A stretch of DNA of 60,566 bases, the filler included. It is 4 parts of 4 records of this genome, joined end to end, with 100 filler letters (N's around TTAATTAATTAA, not from the genome) between each part and the next. Parts side by side here need not be neighbours in the genome. Positions count along the whole stretch, not along the records: positions 20,397 to 25,714 come from SRR20825019_2003; positions 25,815 to 53,724 come from SRR20825019_2007; 2 more parts are not named here. One strand, 5' to 3'. A program made the position numbers and the translations under genes. Below, piece by piece: positions 20,429 through 30,709 of this stretch. The notes beneath the pieces were generated by a model. It was not told the origin of the DNA. It saw only the letters and a program-made list of their open reading frames with translations, and searched no databases. Within the stretch, counting starts at the first letter, position 1. Every line of letters begins with the position of its first letter.

Positions 20429-22000
20429 TTATTGATTAATTATTGGTAATTTAATTATAAAGGTACTTCCTTTCCCTCTTTCAGAGTTTACGGTAATTTC
20501 TCCATAATGCTCTTCTACTATTCTCTTAGAGTAAGCAAGACCCAATCCGTGTCCTTTTACATCATGTACATCTCCTGTATGTGCTCTGTAAAATTTATCA
20601 AATATATTAAGTCTTGTTTTTTTATTCATACCAGAACCTTGGTCTCTTATTTTAATTAAAATATGGTTCTTAACATTTTCTGTGTAAATATCTATTTTAG
20701 GAGCTTCTGGTGAATACTTATTAGCATTGTCTAAAATATTTACAATAACATTTGTTAAGTGAGACTCGTTAGCTAATACATTTGTTTTTAATGCTCCAAA
20801 GTGGCTTTTTAAATAACCATCTCTATTCTCCACAAGAAGTGTTACGTGGTCCATAGACTTCTTAATAAGATCGTGAATATTCTTTGGTTCTTTCTTAATA
20901 TCAAGTTCATTCTTCTCTAGCCTACTTATTTGCAAGATGTTTTCTACTTGACTGTTCATACGCTCATTTTCTTCGCGTATCATCCCTAAATACCTTTGTA
21001 GTATTTCTGGTTTAGATTGGGCCTTTGGGTTCTTTAAAAAGTCTAAAGCCAATTTTGTTGTAGCAATTGGCGTTTTAAACTCGTGCGTCATGTTATTAAT
21101 AAAGTCTGTCTTAATTTCTGAGATTTGACGCTGTCTTATTAATTGAGTTAATGCACTGGTATACGCTACGATAATGATAAGCGTAAAAATGATTGACAAT
21201 ACAGAAAGTAACGTTATACTACTCAGTATCAAGCTATTCTTTTGCGGAAAGTTTACATATAAAGTATAACCACTTTTATTTAATTGCGTGTCAAAAAGCG
21301 AGATGCCATAGGTTGAAGAGGACTTTAACTCAAAGTCTTCTGTACGAACTTTGGTTGCTAATGAATTACTATAAATACCATATTCAAAATCTGTATTTAA
21401 GTTTCTAATCTCAAGTTCTTCGGTTAGATAATCTCGAAGTACATTTTTTGGCACACGTCTATGTATAGGCAGTTTAGATCCATAAATTTGTACAGCACGC
21501 CTAATATAATCCTTTTCAAAGGGATCCATATTTATAAGCTCCTGAATACGCTTATCTGATATTTTCGGAGATTTCTGAGCGCTTTTCTCTTTTATAATAC
21601 GTTCAGCTTGTTGTTTTACAAGCTTTTTAAATTTTAAACTATCAACATTGGAGTTTAAGAATGATGATGATATCTTATAATCTTCCTCTAATAAGCCATT
21701 GGAATATATAAATGTCTCATTTGTAAAATCGTCTTGCTGAATTTTGAAGAATTCACCAAAAGAAACATCTTGGGCAGAACCTATACTATCTGCAACTTTC
21801 TTAAATGCGAAGTAATATATTTCTAACTCACGTAATTCTAATCTGTTAGAAACATCAAGAAGAATTTGATTGGCTTTTAATGAAAACTGTTGTTCATTAA
21901 CCTCTACGGTATTTTTAATCCAATACCCTTGAACAAAAACAATCCCAATAAGTGAGACACTCATTAGGGTTACCAGTAAGTAGAAAAGCCTTTTATTCAT
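20429..22000 (-). CDS. Sensor histidine kinase (Bacteroidota RprX-like)
   Basis: DFINNMTHEFKTPIAT, NILDNANKYS, DQGSGM, VKGHGLGL; two TM segments. Confidence 0.92.
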   Translation of the reverse strand: MNKRLFYLLVTLMSVSLIGIVFVQGYWIKNTVEVNEQQFSLKANQILLDVSNRLELRELEIYYFAFKKVADSIGSAQDVSFGEFFKIQQDDFTNETFIYSNGLLEEDYKISSSFLNSNVDSLKFKKLVKQQAERIIKEKSAQKSPKISDKRIQELINMDPFEKDYIRRAVQIYGSKLPIHRRVPKNVLRDYLTEELEIRNLNTDFEYGIYSNSLATKVRTEDFELKSSSTYGISLFDTQLNKSGYTLYVNFPQKNSLILSSITLLSVLSIIFTLIIIVAYTSALTQLIRQRQISEIKTDFINNMTHEFKTPIATTKLALDFLKNPKAQSKPEILQRYLGMIREENERMNSQVENILQISRLEKNELDIKKEPKNIHDLIKKSMDHVTLLVENRDGYLKSHFGALKTNVLANESHLTNVIVNILDNANKYSPEAPKIDIYTENVKNHILIKIRDQGSGMNKKTRLNIFDKFYRAHTGDVHDVKGHGLGLAYSKRIVEEHYGEITVNSERGKGSTFIIKLPIINQ

Positions 22001-22051
22001 TCACTCAAATGTACAATTTTAACATTCATAATTGTTAAATTTAACAAATTG

Positions 22052-22645
22052 TTAAGAATTGTGTTTCTTTATTAATTGACTATTAATTATAGATACTTGT
22101 GCTTTTGTGTGGTTTAAATTATCATTTTCAATTACAAAGTCAGCTAAAGGTATTTTCTTTTCATCAGACCATTGATTATTCATTCTTTTCTGTAATTCTT
22201 CCTTTGTTGTATTATCGCGTTTTATTAAACGGTCAAATTTCAAATTTTCATCTGCGGTTACTAAAATTGTATAATCAAATTCATTCTGCCTTCCCAGTTC
22301 AAAAATAATAGCTGCTTCATATACCGTATAAACTTCGTCTTCATGTTTTTTAAGCCAACGGTTATAGGATTGGTGTACTTTAGGATGAACAATCGAATTT
22401 AGTATAGAAAGTTTTTCCTTATTATTAAATACAATACTTGCTATAAATGGTCTATTTAAACCTGTTTCTGTATAGGCATTATCACCAAACTCTTTAACTA
22501 GCTTACGCCTAATAATTTTAGAAGAATTCATTAAGCGTTTTGCTTCTATATCTGCAATAAAAATCGGGATGCTTAAATCTTCAAACATTTTTGCAACGGT
22601 AGATTTACCACTACCTATTCCTCCTGTTAAACCTACTGTTATCAT
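22052..22645 (-). CDS. coaE: Dephospho-CoA kinase
   Basis: VGLTGGIGSGKST, LNSIVHP, ADFVIEN. Confidence 0.95.
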   Translation of the reverse strand: MITVGLTGGIGSGKSTVAKMFEDLSIPIFIADIEAKRLMNSSKIIRRKLVKEFGDNAYTETGLNRPFIASIVFNNKEKLSILNSIVHPKVHQSYNRWLKKHEDEVYTVYEAAIIFELGRQNEFDYTILVTADENLKFDRLIKRDNTTKEELQKRMNNQWSDEKKIPLADFVIENDNLNHTKAQVSIINSQLIKKHNS

Positions 22646-23601
22646 TGCTTTATAATAAACTCTACCTTGGTATCTAATACTCTAGATTCTGTAGATAGTT
22701 GTGAAGTTTTGTACAATTTAGGGATAAAATAATCTGATTCAGATTTTAATTCTTTAAAGTCTTTAACTACTCTAAAATCTTCAGATGAAATTAAATTGAA
22801 ATTCTCTAAGCTTGCTTGGTAAACCACATAAACCTCTTTAGGAAATATGCTTACAGACACGTTATTGGGAACATTAATTATTTCAATAGGGACTTTAACT
22901 CTGCCTTCTGTAAACTTGGCTACTTCAATTTCGTAAGAAATTTTGGTTTCATAAAATGTAACATCTTTATATTTAGCTTGGTTCACAGTAACTTCTCCAG
23001 TAATACTATTGTTTACATTATCATACTTTACTTCTTCTGTATTGATAACCTCTAATGTATCTAAGACAGATTTTGGACCACTTACTTTAATTGAATCTGG
23101 GTTCGTTTTAAAATCACTTACATTTGAAAATCCTACAGCGTATTTAATATTATGTGCAATATTTACAGGAAGTGTTTTTACAGTTTTTTGACTAAAGGGA
23201 ATATTTATTGATTCTTTTTTTAAAGAAATAACATCCTCTGATATTTTTAATTCCTTAGCAATAAACTCTTTATTTTCGTTGATATCAAATATAAATTCGT
23301 TTGATGCAATTTCTAAGTTAGATAAATTTATATCTATATAAGGTTTAAAGAACGTGTAACTTATTAATCTAAATCCTGTGGTTTCTATGGTAACTTTTAA
23401 GCTATTATCATTATTCTCTACTAATTTATCTTTAGGGATATTTGTGTACCTAATATCAAAATCTAAAGTTTGTTTATAGGGTTTTGCAAACTGTACAAGT
23501 ATCCAAACAACAAAAGACATGCAGAGAAAAAACAAAAATGCCTTAAAGTTAGATTGCTTAAATTTTTTAAATATAGAAATAGGCTGCTCTTTTTTTCTCA
23601 T
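22642..23601 (-). CDS. YbbR/CdaR-like membrane-anchored protein
   Basis: Single N-terminal TM, PDSIKVSGPKS repeat-type motif; usual position upstream of coaE in Flavobacteriaceae. Confidence 0.72.
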   Translation of the reverse strand: MRKKEQPISIFKKFKQSNFKAFLFFLCMSFVVWILVQFAKPYKQTLDFDIRYTNIPKDKLVENNDNSLKVTIETTGFRLISYTFFKPYIDINLSNLEIASNEFIFDINENKEFIAKELKISEDVISLKKESINIPFSQKTVKTLPVNIAHNIKYAVGFSNVSDFKTNPDSIKVSGPKSVLDTLEVINTEEVKYDNVNNSITGEVTVNQAKYKDVTFYETKISYEIEVAKFTEGRVKVPIEIINVPNNVSVSIFPKEVYVVYQASLENFNLISSEDFRVVKDFKELKSESDYFIPKLYKTSQLSTESRVLDTKVEFIIKQ

Positions 23602-24599
23602 TTAAAAAAGAGATTTGGGAATTGTTGTTGTTCTTGTCTTTTCATAAGTCCAATATATAGTTTTGAAACTGCAAATCCTGTACCATAGCCATAAAACTGA
23701 ATACACATTGCCAAAACCGAATAAAAGCCAATTTTAATACTTTTATTAATAATAGTAGAGTGAATAAATAATACTAATGTATAACCAAAATAGCAGTATA
23801 ATAAAAAGTAAAAATTAAAGAATACTCCTATTAAACCTAGTAAAAAGCCTAGACAAAACAGTAGTGGAAACCAAAATGTTAGTTTAGCACTTGTAGGATG
23901 CCATTTAGTTAGTATTGGTCTTACCTTACCAAATTTATTTACCTGAATATAAAATTTATGCCAATTTATACGTCTTTTATGAAAGACCTTTGCTTTTTCT
24001 AATAGTTGAGACTTAAATCCTAGTTTTAGTAATCGTAATGATAAATCTGGATCTTCACCAGGATGTATTTTACCGAAGCCATTAGACGCTAAAAAAGCTG
24101 TCTTAGATAATCCCATATTAAAGCTACGTGGCTCAAAATTTATAGTAGACGTTTTATTACCTCGTATTCCACCAGTGGTAATAAAAGAAGTCATCACATA
24201 ATTTATAGCCTTTTGTATGTCTGTAAAAGAATCATGTGCTGCATCTGGTCCTCCAAAACAGTCTGTGTAATTAGCAGATAAGCCTCTATCTACTTCTAAA
24301 AGGTAGTCTTGAGGTAAAATTACGTCTGAATCTAGTATTAAAAAGTAATTTCCTTTGGCTTTAGACATTCCAAAATTTCGAGAATCGCCTGGACCAGAAT
24401 TTTCTTTAAAATAATAGGAAATATTTAAGCTATTTTTAAACTCATCTACTACAGATTTAGATGAAAGTGTAGAGCCATCTTCAACTATTACAATCTCAAA
24501 TTCTGATGTAAAATTTAGCTTCTGCATGCTTTGCAGAAGTTCATCAATTTCTTGTGGTCTATTAAAAACCGGTATGATAAAAGAGTACGATAATTTCAC
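23598..24599 (-). CDS. Glycosyltransferase family 2
   Basis: SFIIPVFNRP, IVEDGS, ILDSD, GEDPDLS; GTG start inferred. Confidence 0.9.
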   Translation of the reverse strand: MKLSYSFIIPVFNRPQEIDELLQSMQKLNFTSEFEIVIVEDGSTLSSKSVVDEFKNSLNISYYFKENSGPGDSRNFGMSKAKGNYFLILDSDVILPQDYLLEVDRGLSANYTDCFGGPDAAHDSFTDIQKAINYVMTSFITTGGIRGNKTSTINFEPRSFNMGLSKTAFLASNGFGKIHPGEDPDLSLRLLKLGFKSQLLEKAKVFHKRRINWHKFYIQVNKFGKVRPILTKWHPTSAKLTFWFPLLFCLGFLLGLIGVFFNFYFLLYCYFGYTLVLFIHSTIINKSIKIGFYSVLAMCIQFYGYGTGFAVSKLYIGLMKRQEQQQFPNLFFK

Positions 24600-24618
24600 T
24601 CTGTAAAGGTAGCCAAAT

Positions 24619-24650
24619 AAAAAATCCCGAAGCAAATGCTTCGGGATTTT
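24619..24650 (-). terminator. Intrinsic terminator after T9SS cargo gene
   Basis: AAAATCCCGAAGCA-AA-TGCTTCGGGATTTT perfect inverted repeat with a T run on the minus strand. Confidence 0.85.
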
Positions 24651-24684
24651 GAATTATAAAATCTAAATAATAAAGTCTTAAAGA

Positions 24685-25713
24685 TTACTCTTTAATAAAA
24701 CGCATTGTTTTCTTAACTCCATTATTATCAATAGTTACAACATACATTCCAGTACTTAAATCTGAAACATTAATCATATTCTGTGTTTTAGTTGAAAGAA
24801 CTTTCTGACCTAACATATTAAATATAGATACGTTAGTAACTTCTTGCAATCCAGAAATATGTAATTCACTAGAAGCAGGATTAGGATAAAGGAAAATATT
24901 AGCATTTTCATTAATATCCTCTACACCTACAACATTTGCATTGTAAGCAGAGATTTGGAATTCTCCAAATGCATTATTACCATACTCCCAAGCTCTTACA
25001 TAAAGTGTTTGGTCTGCAAGTGTCATATCATTTATCTCGATTAAAGAGAATGCACCTTCTCCACCATCGTCATCACAAGCTACAGCTACTAAATCACCAC
25101 AAGCTCCAGAGTATACATCTATTGTAGTATCTCCTATAGGACTACCAGAAGCTGATAATGTTTCAATAGTAAGAATACCATCACTTGGTACTGTTACAGT
25201 AAACCAAACATCTCCTCCATTAAAGCCAAATGCACCACAAGAAGGATCTCCTTGCATAGAATCTGTAGCCCCAATATTATTTCCGTTTACAGGGAAGTCT
25301 TCAAAATCTTGACCTACTGTAAGATCTGTAGCTACGTCACATTCATCGTTTTGTGCTGGACAAACAAATGTTACTATTTCATCTATATTACAATCTGCAT
25401 CATCTCCACCTAAAGTCATTAATACATCAGTACCAGAAGCATAAGGACCAAAAGTGTAAGTTCCTGCCATTGTTATTGTTTGTGTTGCAGAACCTTGATC
25501 ATCAAAAGCATCAATAGTAGAGAATGACCCTAAAGAAGTTACATTTACCTCTATTGAAAATTCTCCTGTATCACAACTATCTACTGTACTAAACTCAGCA
25601 ACTGGTGGCTCACAGTTTAAAGGAGTTCTTACAATAAACTCATCGAAGAAGAAATCATAGTCTTCTGAATCATTAACTGTTCCATCTGTAGCCCAGATTG
25701 CAAAAACTGCATT
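24685..25713 (-). CDS. T9SS type A sorting domain protein, 5'-truncated
   Basis: Frame open to the contig end; acidic beta-rich body (NDEC, DVWF, CDDDG); C-terminal LYPNPA...IFNMLGQ...LSTGMYVV...RFIKE. Confidence 0.9.
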   Translation of the reverse strand, partial: NAVFAIWATDGTVNDSEDYDFFFDEFIVRTPLNCEPPVAEFSTVDSCDTGEFSIEVNVTSLGSFSTIDAFDDQGSATQTITMAGTYTFGPYASGTDVLMTLGGDDADCNIDEIVTFVCPAQNDECDVATDLTVGQDFEDFPVNGNNIGATDSMQGDPSCGAFGFNGGDVWFTVTVPSDGILTIETLSASGSPIGDTTIDVYSGACGDLVAVACDDDGGEGAFSLIEINDMTLADQTLYVRAWEYGNNAFGEFQISAYNANVVGVEDINENANIFLYPNPASSELHISGLQEVTNVSIFNMLGQKVLSTKTQNMINVSDLSTGMYVVTIDNNGVKKTMRFIKE

Positions 25714-25714
25714 A

Positions 25715-25814
25715 NNNNNNNNNNNNNNNNNNNNNNNNNNNNNNNNNNNNNNNNNNNNTTAATTAATTAANNNNNNNNNNNNNNNNNNNNNNNNNNNNNN
25801 NNNNNNNNNNNNNN
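25715..25814. other. Artificial contig spacer
   Basis: 44 N + TTAATTAATTAA + 44 N. Confidence 0.98.
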
Positions 25815-25905
25815 GGTCATGATTGAGTCCTTTCTTTGGGCTCAACTCGTGTCCGTCAATTCAGGGCAACCTCAGCCCCGACGTGCGCAAGGCAGATGCG
25901 AATCG

Positions 25906-26319
25906 TCACGAAATTTGTTTTCTGGGTTTGGTTAGCTCGATGGGGAGGATGTTTTGATAGGCGATAAAATCTTTGTCCTTTGATAAAATGGGCATTTTCC
26001 AGAGCACTGAGCAGGCGCAAATGATGAAGTCATTATTGGATCCTTGGATTCCTTTACCGCGGCAAAGATTGTGAAATTTTGCGGCTGTTTCGAAGAGCTC
26101 GGAGTCTAATGGTTTGTCGGGAAACGATCCCAACCGATCACGCAGCATTTCAAAAATCTCGGTGGTGCGTATGCCACTGAGGATTTCCATGCGAATGACT
26201 CCGATCATTTGAATCCGCCCCTCCTGGATGAGACTCTTGAGTTCGTCGAAGTAGGCCGACTTGGCACCTTTCTTCCGGAAGGCCTCCGACCAGACATCGG
26301 TATCCACGATGACTTTCAC
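25906..26319 (-). CDS. vapC: PIN-domain toxin (VapC family)
   Basis: VIVDTDVW, EILSG, DFIICA, SKDKDF; GTGA overlap with antitoxin. Confidence 0.88.
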   Translation of the reverse strand: MKVIVDTDVWSEAFRKKGAKSAYFDELKSLIQEGRIQMIGVIRMEILSGIRTTEIFEMLRDRLGSFPDKPLDSELFETAAKFHNLCRGKGIQGSNNDFIICACSVLWKMPILSKDKDFIAYQNILPIELTKPRKQIS

Positions 26320-26516
26320 GGGGTCTTTCGCTGCTTCTTGTAATCAAAGGAGGTGTCGTAATCGACTTGCCCGAATAATTCGGTGACTTTCTGTTGCTCC
26401 CGATGCTGCACGTATTCTGTCAGTGCCTCGTTAACCGCTTCTTTCTTGGTTTTCATGCCCCCAAGTCGCATCGCCTTGGAAAGCAGGATTTCGTTTAACT
26501 CGATGTTGGTTGCCAT
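26316..26516 (-). CDS. vapB: VapB-family antitoxin
   Basis: MATNIELNEILL...TKKEAVNEAL ribbon-helix-helix-like pattern; directly upstream of PIN gene. Confidence 0.87.
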   Translation of the reverse strand: MATNIELNEILLSKAMRLGGMKTKKEAVNEALTEYVQHREQQKVTELFGQVDYDTSFDYKKQRKTP

Positions 26517-26551
26517 GTGCGAATGGACGCACAAACACTTGTGCAAGTCAA
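26516..26551 (-). promoter_or_regulatory. Candidate vapBC promoter/operator
   Basis: TGTGC-N8-GCACA and overlapping GCACAA-N4-TTGTGC palindromes; TTGACT -35-like hexamer on minus strand. Confidence 0.55.
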
Positions 26552-26588
26552 ATGAAACCCTGTGATGTCGATCCCGCAGTAAACTTAC

Positions 26589-26861
26589 TCAGGGGTCTTT
26601 CGGGGGGAGTTTAGTTTTATGCCCCCAACGCCAGCGGGCGGGTTCTCCTTTCCAGTAGCAAACGACGAGGAGAATCGATGTGAGGACAATGCTGCCGATC
26701 ATGAATACATCGAAACTTTGCTCGGCCAGGTAGGTCGCGCCAACGATCATCAAGACGGCATAGCTGATTAGGACGACCCAACCCTGCCATCTCAGCGGAA
26801 ATCCCCAGCCGTAACCGTGGGTCTTCGCGGCCAACCATGCTTTATCTCGGGGCAAGGACAT
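26589..26861 (-). CDS. Small two-TM hypothetical membrane protein
   Basis: AKTHGYGWGFP, two hydrophobic helices, KGEPARWRWG. Confidence 0.7.
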   Translation of the reverse strand: MSLPRDKAWLAAKTHGYGWGFPLRWQGWVVLISYAVLMIVGATYLAEQSFDVFMIGSIVLTSILLVVCYWKGEPARWRWGHKTKLPPKDP

Positions 26862-26931
26862 CTCGCTGATATATTCTCAACGTCCGACTTCAGGCAGGCC
26901 TGATGAAATTGTATGAGCGGCTTGTTCCGCT

Positions 26932-27771
26932 CTACGGTTTCCAATTCACATCGATCCCAGTGTAGCCTTCGGTGTAGGGCTTCAAGTGATCGGGAAGACG
27001 GTTGATCATTTTCTTCGCGGAGTCGGTGAGCGACCACGGGACCTGGACTTGAATTGATTTGGGGCGGAAGGCCATGCCGCAGGAATAGCGACGTTCGTTG
27101 GTGGGCAAATTTACATGAATGGTCAGCGCGGAGAAGAGGATGAGGTCGCCGGGCTCGGCGATTACCGGAACGAATCCGGGAATATCGCTATCCATGCATG
27201 GCGTCTCCTCATTATCGCGGTGGAGAAAACGGCGATTCTCGTCCATGTGAAAGCCTTCGGGAGGCTGCCAGTTTGCGGTGTGCGATTTTTCGATTACCCC
27301 GATCCCGCTTCGATCAGGATGGCTGCCGTTGAGATAAAACCAACCCCCACTCGGCATGGAGTAAACGTTGAGGAAATCGTTGAAGTGTTTCTTGGGCCCC
27401 TTGACCTGTCCGCAATGGTCGGAGTGCCAGGCTCCCATCGGATCGCCCGCGGTGCGTAGAATCGAAGCTGACCGATGCAGACAAACATCGGTATCACCGA
27501 TCAGGCTGGTGCGGAGTTTGATATAATCCGGATCGTCGAGCAGTTGCCAGATGACTTCAGAATCCTCGGCAAAGGTCATGTTAAATTTTGAGCTGGCGGG
27601 TGGCAGCGTGCGATCGGGATCACTGAAACGATCGATCTCGTCTTTGAGTGCCTGCACGTGAACTGGCGTGATGACTTGTCGGACGACGCAGTAGCCGTGG
27701 GTCGCCAGAGCCTGTTGGATGCCGGGGTGATCGTTTTTATCGAAGTAGGTTTCGGAGTTCATTGGGGCCAT
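26932..27771 (-). CDS. Phytanoyl-CoA dioxygenase (PhyH) family Fe(II)/2OG oxygenase
   Basis: GYCVVRQV, WHSD, PGDLILFS..IH, downstream Arg; start uncertain (27762-27783). Confidence 0.8.
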   Translation of the reverse strand: MAPMNSETYFDKNDHPGIQQALATHGYCVVRQVITPVHVQALKDEIDRFSDPDRTLPPASSKFNMTFAEDSEVIWQLLDDPDYIKLRTSLIGDTDVCLHRSASILRTAGDPMGAWHSDHCGQVKGPKKHFNDFLNVYSMPSGGWFYLNGSHPDRSGIGVIEKSHTANWQPPEGFHMDENRRFLHRDNEETPCMDSDIPGFVPVIAEPGDLILFSALTIHVNLPTNERRYSCGMAFRPKSIQVQVPWSLTDSAKKMINRLPDHLKPYTEGYTGIDVNWKP

Positions 27772-27847
27772 AAGATCGATCAACTCTAGCGATGTCCCGG
27801 TAAAGTGGGAATGGATGTAAATCCGAATGGCATGTCGATTCTTGCAA

Positions 27848-28624
27848 TCATGGTGCTGAATCGGTTTGCCGATATTGGCTGGGGCTTTGCGCGAAGTGAT
27901 GTCGAAAACGACGTGAAAAATGAAAGGCGTCGGCGAATCCGAGTTGGGTGGCGATTACTTTGAGAGGGAGATCGGTGGCGAGGAGCAGGGAAGCCGCTTG
28001 TTTCAGGCGCTGGGTTTCCCGATAGCGCATGGGTGTGCAGTTGAAACATTCCTTAAAGCGGTGGGAAAGGCTGGAGGGCGACATACCGACGTGCCGAGCG
28101 ACCTCGTTCAGGGTGGTTTGGCTCTCAAGTTGTGACGTCAGACAAGCAGCGGCTTCGCGTAGTCGGGAATCAGTGTGACTCGCGGAGAGACTACCGAGAG
28201 CAATGAGTAGGGTTGTGAGGCTGTGATCGAGTAGCTGGGAAGAATCAGCTATCCCCAGCTGGTCGTAGGTGAAGAGTAATTGGAACTGTGCTTTGATGAC
28301 TTCGGCGATTTCCGGATCCAGCGGCAGGTAGAGCGGGGACCGATCAGCCGGCAGGAGTTGCCGGGCGAGCGGATCATGGGCAAGCGAGGCCGGGAAGAAT
28401 GCCCACATCTCAGACCACGTTTCGCCGACGCCCCCGAACCGCACCGAGTAGGGCGTGTCAGGCGGAGTGAGGGTGATGCATGGAGCGAGTTTTCTGACCT
28501 CAGTATCGCCAGACCTTAGATCACTGCTGCCGGTCAGCATCAGAGCGAGTGTCCAATGCTCGAAACCGCGTTTTCGCTCGAAGCGGTGATCAAGCGGGTG
28601 GGTCTGCTGGCCGATATGAATCAT
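27848..28624 (-). CDS. AraC-family transcriptional regulator
   Basis: VARHVGMSPSSLSHRFK, IATQLGFADAFHFSRRFR, SPSQYR. Confidence 0.92.
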   Translation of the reverse strand: MIHIGQQTHPLDHRFERKRGFEHWTLALMLTGSSDLRSGDTEVRKLAPCITLTPPDTPYSVRFGGVGETWSEMWAFFPASLAHDPLARQLLPADRSPLYLPLDPEIAEVIKAQFQLLFTYDQLGIADSSQLLDHSLTTLLIALGSLSASHTDSRLREAAACLTSQLESQTTLNEVARHVGMSPSSLSHRFKECFNCTPMRYRETQRLKQAASLLLATDLPLKVIATQLGFADAFHFSRRFRHHFAQSPSQYRQTDSAP

Positions 28625-28661
28625 GGCGATTTCTGCACATGATCAAGAAGGAGGATGAAAC

Positions 28662-29633
28662 TTACAAATCGTAATGGCAGGCAATCTGTTGACCGGCTTC
28701 ACCAGTATTTCGCAGCAGAGGCACTTCGACTTTGCAGCGATCAGTGGCGTGGGGGCAACGCGGATGAAAGGGGCAACCGCTGGGTGGGTTGATCGGCGAA
28801 GGCACATCACCCTGGAGCACGATGCGTTGTTTTTTTCGCGTCGGATCCGGCTCGGGTATCGCGGAAATCAGCGCGCGGGTGTAGGGATGTTTGGGCGCGC
28901 GGTAGATCGTATCGGCATCGGCGGTTTCCACGAGTCGTCCGAGATACATGATCGCGATGCGGTCCGACACATGTTTCACGACGGCGAGATTATGTGCGAT
29001 AAACAGGTAGCTGAGATTCATCTCACGCTGCAGTTCGAGCATGAGATTCAGCACTTGGCTTTGAATCGAAACATCGAGCGCGCTGACCGGTTCGTCGCAG
29101 ACGATGAGTTTGGGCTCGAGGGCGATGGCGCGGGCGATCCCGATGCGCTGGCGTTGTCCACCGGAAAACTCGAAAGGGAAACGTTCGGCGGCGTTGGCGG
29201 GGAGGCCGACTTTATCAAGCAGCTCGCGCACGCGTTTTTTGCGCCAGGCATCGTCGCCCATTTTGTGGATGACGAATGGTTCGGCAATAATGTCGCCGAC
29301 GGTGTGGCGCGAGTTAAGGGACTCGACCGGATCCTGGAAAATCATCTGCAGGTCACGGCGATGGGCTTTGAGATCAGCGCCGCGCTCATGAGCGAGATCG
29401 TCACCCTGAAAAATGATTTGTCCACCGGTGGGTTTGTGGAGCCGCACGATGGTTTTACCAAGGGTGGACTTGCCGCAACCGGACTCGCCGACGAGCCCAA
29501 GGGTTTCCCCGGGAGCGATCGTAAGATTCACTCCATCGACGGCGCGGCAGCTCTTCTTGGCCCGCAGCATGATGCCTTCACGCACCGGGAAATGCATTTT
29601 CAGATCGCGAACTTCGAGTAGGGGAGCACTCAT
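28662..29633 (-). CDS. Oligopeptide ABC ATP-binding protein (OppF/DppF-like)
   Basis: [37 protein letters not shown]-terminal Cys cluster. Confidence 0.93.
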   Translation of the reverse strand: MSAPLLEVRDLKMHFPVREGIMLRAKKSCRAVDGVNLTIAPGETLGLVGESGCGKSTLGKTIVRLHKPTGGQIIFQGDDLAHERGADLKAHRRDLQMIFQDPVESLNSRHTVGDIIAEPFVIHKMGDDAWRKKRVRELLDKVGLPANAAERFPFEFSGGQRQRIGIARAIALEPKLIVCDEPVSALDVSIQSQVLNLMLELQREMNLSYLFIAHNLAVVKHVSDRIAIMYLGRLVETADADTIYRAPKHPYTRALISAIPEPDPTRKKQRIVLQGDVPSPINPPSGCPFHPRCPHATDRCKVEVPLLRNTGEAGQQIACHYDL

Positions 29634-30703
29634 GATTGGGGGCCCTCCTCCGGTGGGGTTTCAGAAGACAACTTCCCCTCATTTTTCGGAATGAAAACCG
29701 GTAACTCACGCCAGCGGTGACAGGCAACGGAATGATCGGTGCCGACTTGATCGACGGGGGGATGTTGGGCACACACTTCGATGCGGTAGGGACAGCGATT
29801 TTGGAAACGACAGCCGACGGGCATATCCGCGAGGCTGGGCACCATGCCTTCGATGGTGGCGAGTTCGGTTTTACGCTCGTCATCCAGACGCGGAATCGAA
29901 GCGAGCAGCCCGCGCGTGTAAGGGTGACTGGGGGCGGCGAAAATCTTTTCAACCGGTCCTGCTTCGGCGACGCGACCGGCATACATGACGACGACATCGT
30001 CACACATTTCCGCGATCACGCCGAGATCGTGGGTGATCAGCATGATCGCCATGCCCATTTCCTGCTGCAGACCTTGCATGAGCTCCAAAATTTGCGCCTG
30101 GATGGTCACATCGAGGGCGGTAGTCGGTTCATCGGCAATGACGACGGAGGGCTTACAGGCGAGGGCCATCGCGATGACCACTCGCTGTCTCATTCCACCG
30201 GAAAGCTGATGCGGGTATTCGCCGACCCGAACTTCTGGTGAGGGGATACCGACTTTGTCGAGAATATCGACCGACATGCGAAGGGCCTCGCGCTTGTCAT
30301 TGGTGCGATGGAGAAGAAACACTTCACTCAACTGGCGTCCAATCGTGTGGACCGGATTGAGGGCGGTCATCGGTTCCTGGAAGATCATGCCCATGCGGTC
30401 CCCGCGCACCTTGAGCATTTCTTCCGGAGGCAGTTTCGTGAGATCCATGCCATCGAGGAGCACCTGTCCGCCTGCGATGTGCCCCATCGGTTGGGGCAGC
30501 AGACGCATGATCGAAAACGCGGTCACACTTTTGCCGCAACCGGACTCGCCAACGATCCCGAGCGTGCGTCCCTTGTGGAGTTGGAAACTCACGCCATCGA
30601 CGGCGGTGAGGGTGCCGTTATCCGTATCGAAAGTGGTGACGAGGTCACGCACTTCCAAAACGGGAGCACCGGTGGCAGCGGGAGTGGGCGGGGAGGCGGA
30701 CAC
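29630..30703 (-). CDS. Oligopeptide ABC ATP-binding protein (OppD/DppD-like)
   Basis: [30 protein letters not shown]. Confidence 0.93.
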   Translation of the reverse strand: MSASPPTPAATGAPVLEVRDLVTTFDTDNGTLTAVDGVSFQLHKGRTLGIVGESGCGKSVTAFSIMRLLPQPMGHIAGGQVLLDGMDLTKLPPEEMLKVRGDRMGMIFQEPMTALNPVHTIGRQLSEVFLLHRTNDKREALRMSVDILDKVGIPSPEVRVGEYPHQLSGGMRQRVVIAMALACKPSVVIADEPTTALDVTIQAQILELMQGLQQEMGMAIMLITHDLGVIAEMCDDVVVMYAGRVAEAGPVEKIFAAPSHPYTRGLLASIPRLDDERKTELATIEGMVPSLADMPVGCRFQNRCPYRIEVCAQHPPVDQVGTDHSVACHRWRELPVFIPKNEGKLSSETPPEEGPQS

Positions 30704-30709
30704 GAACGA

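Noticed and set aside
20397..25714. AT-rich block as a genomic island
   Set aside because: Bounded by spacers and made of ordinary Flavobacteriaceae-type housekeeping genes; a separate organism
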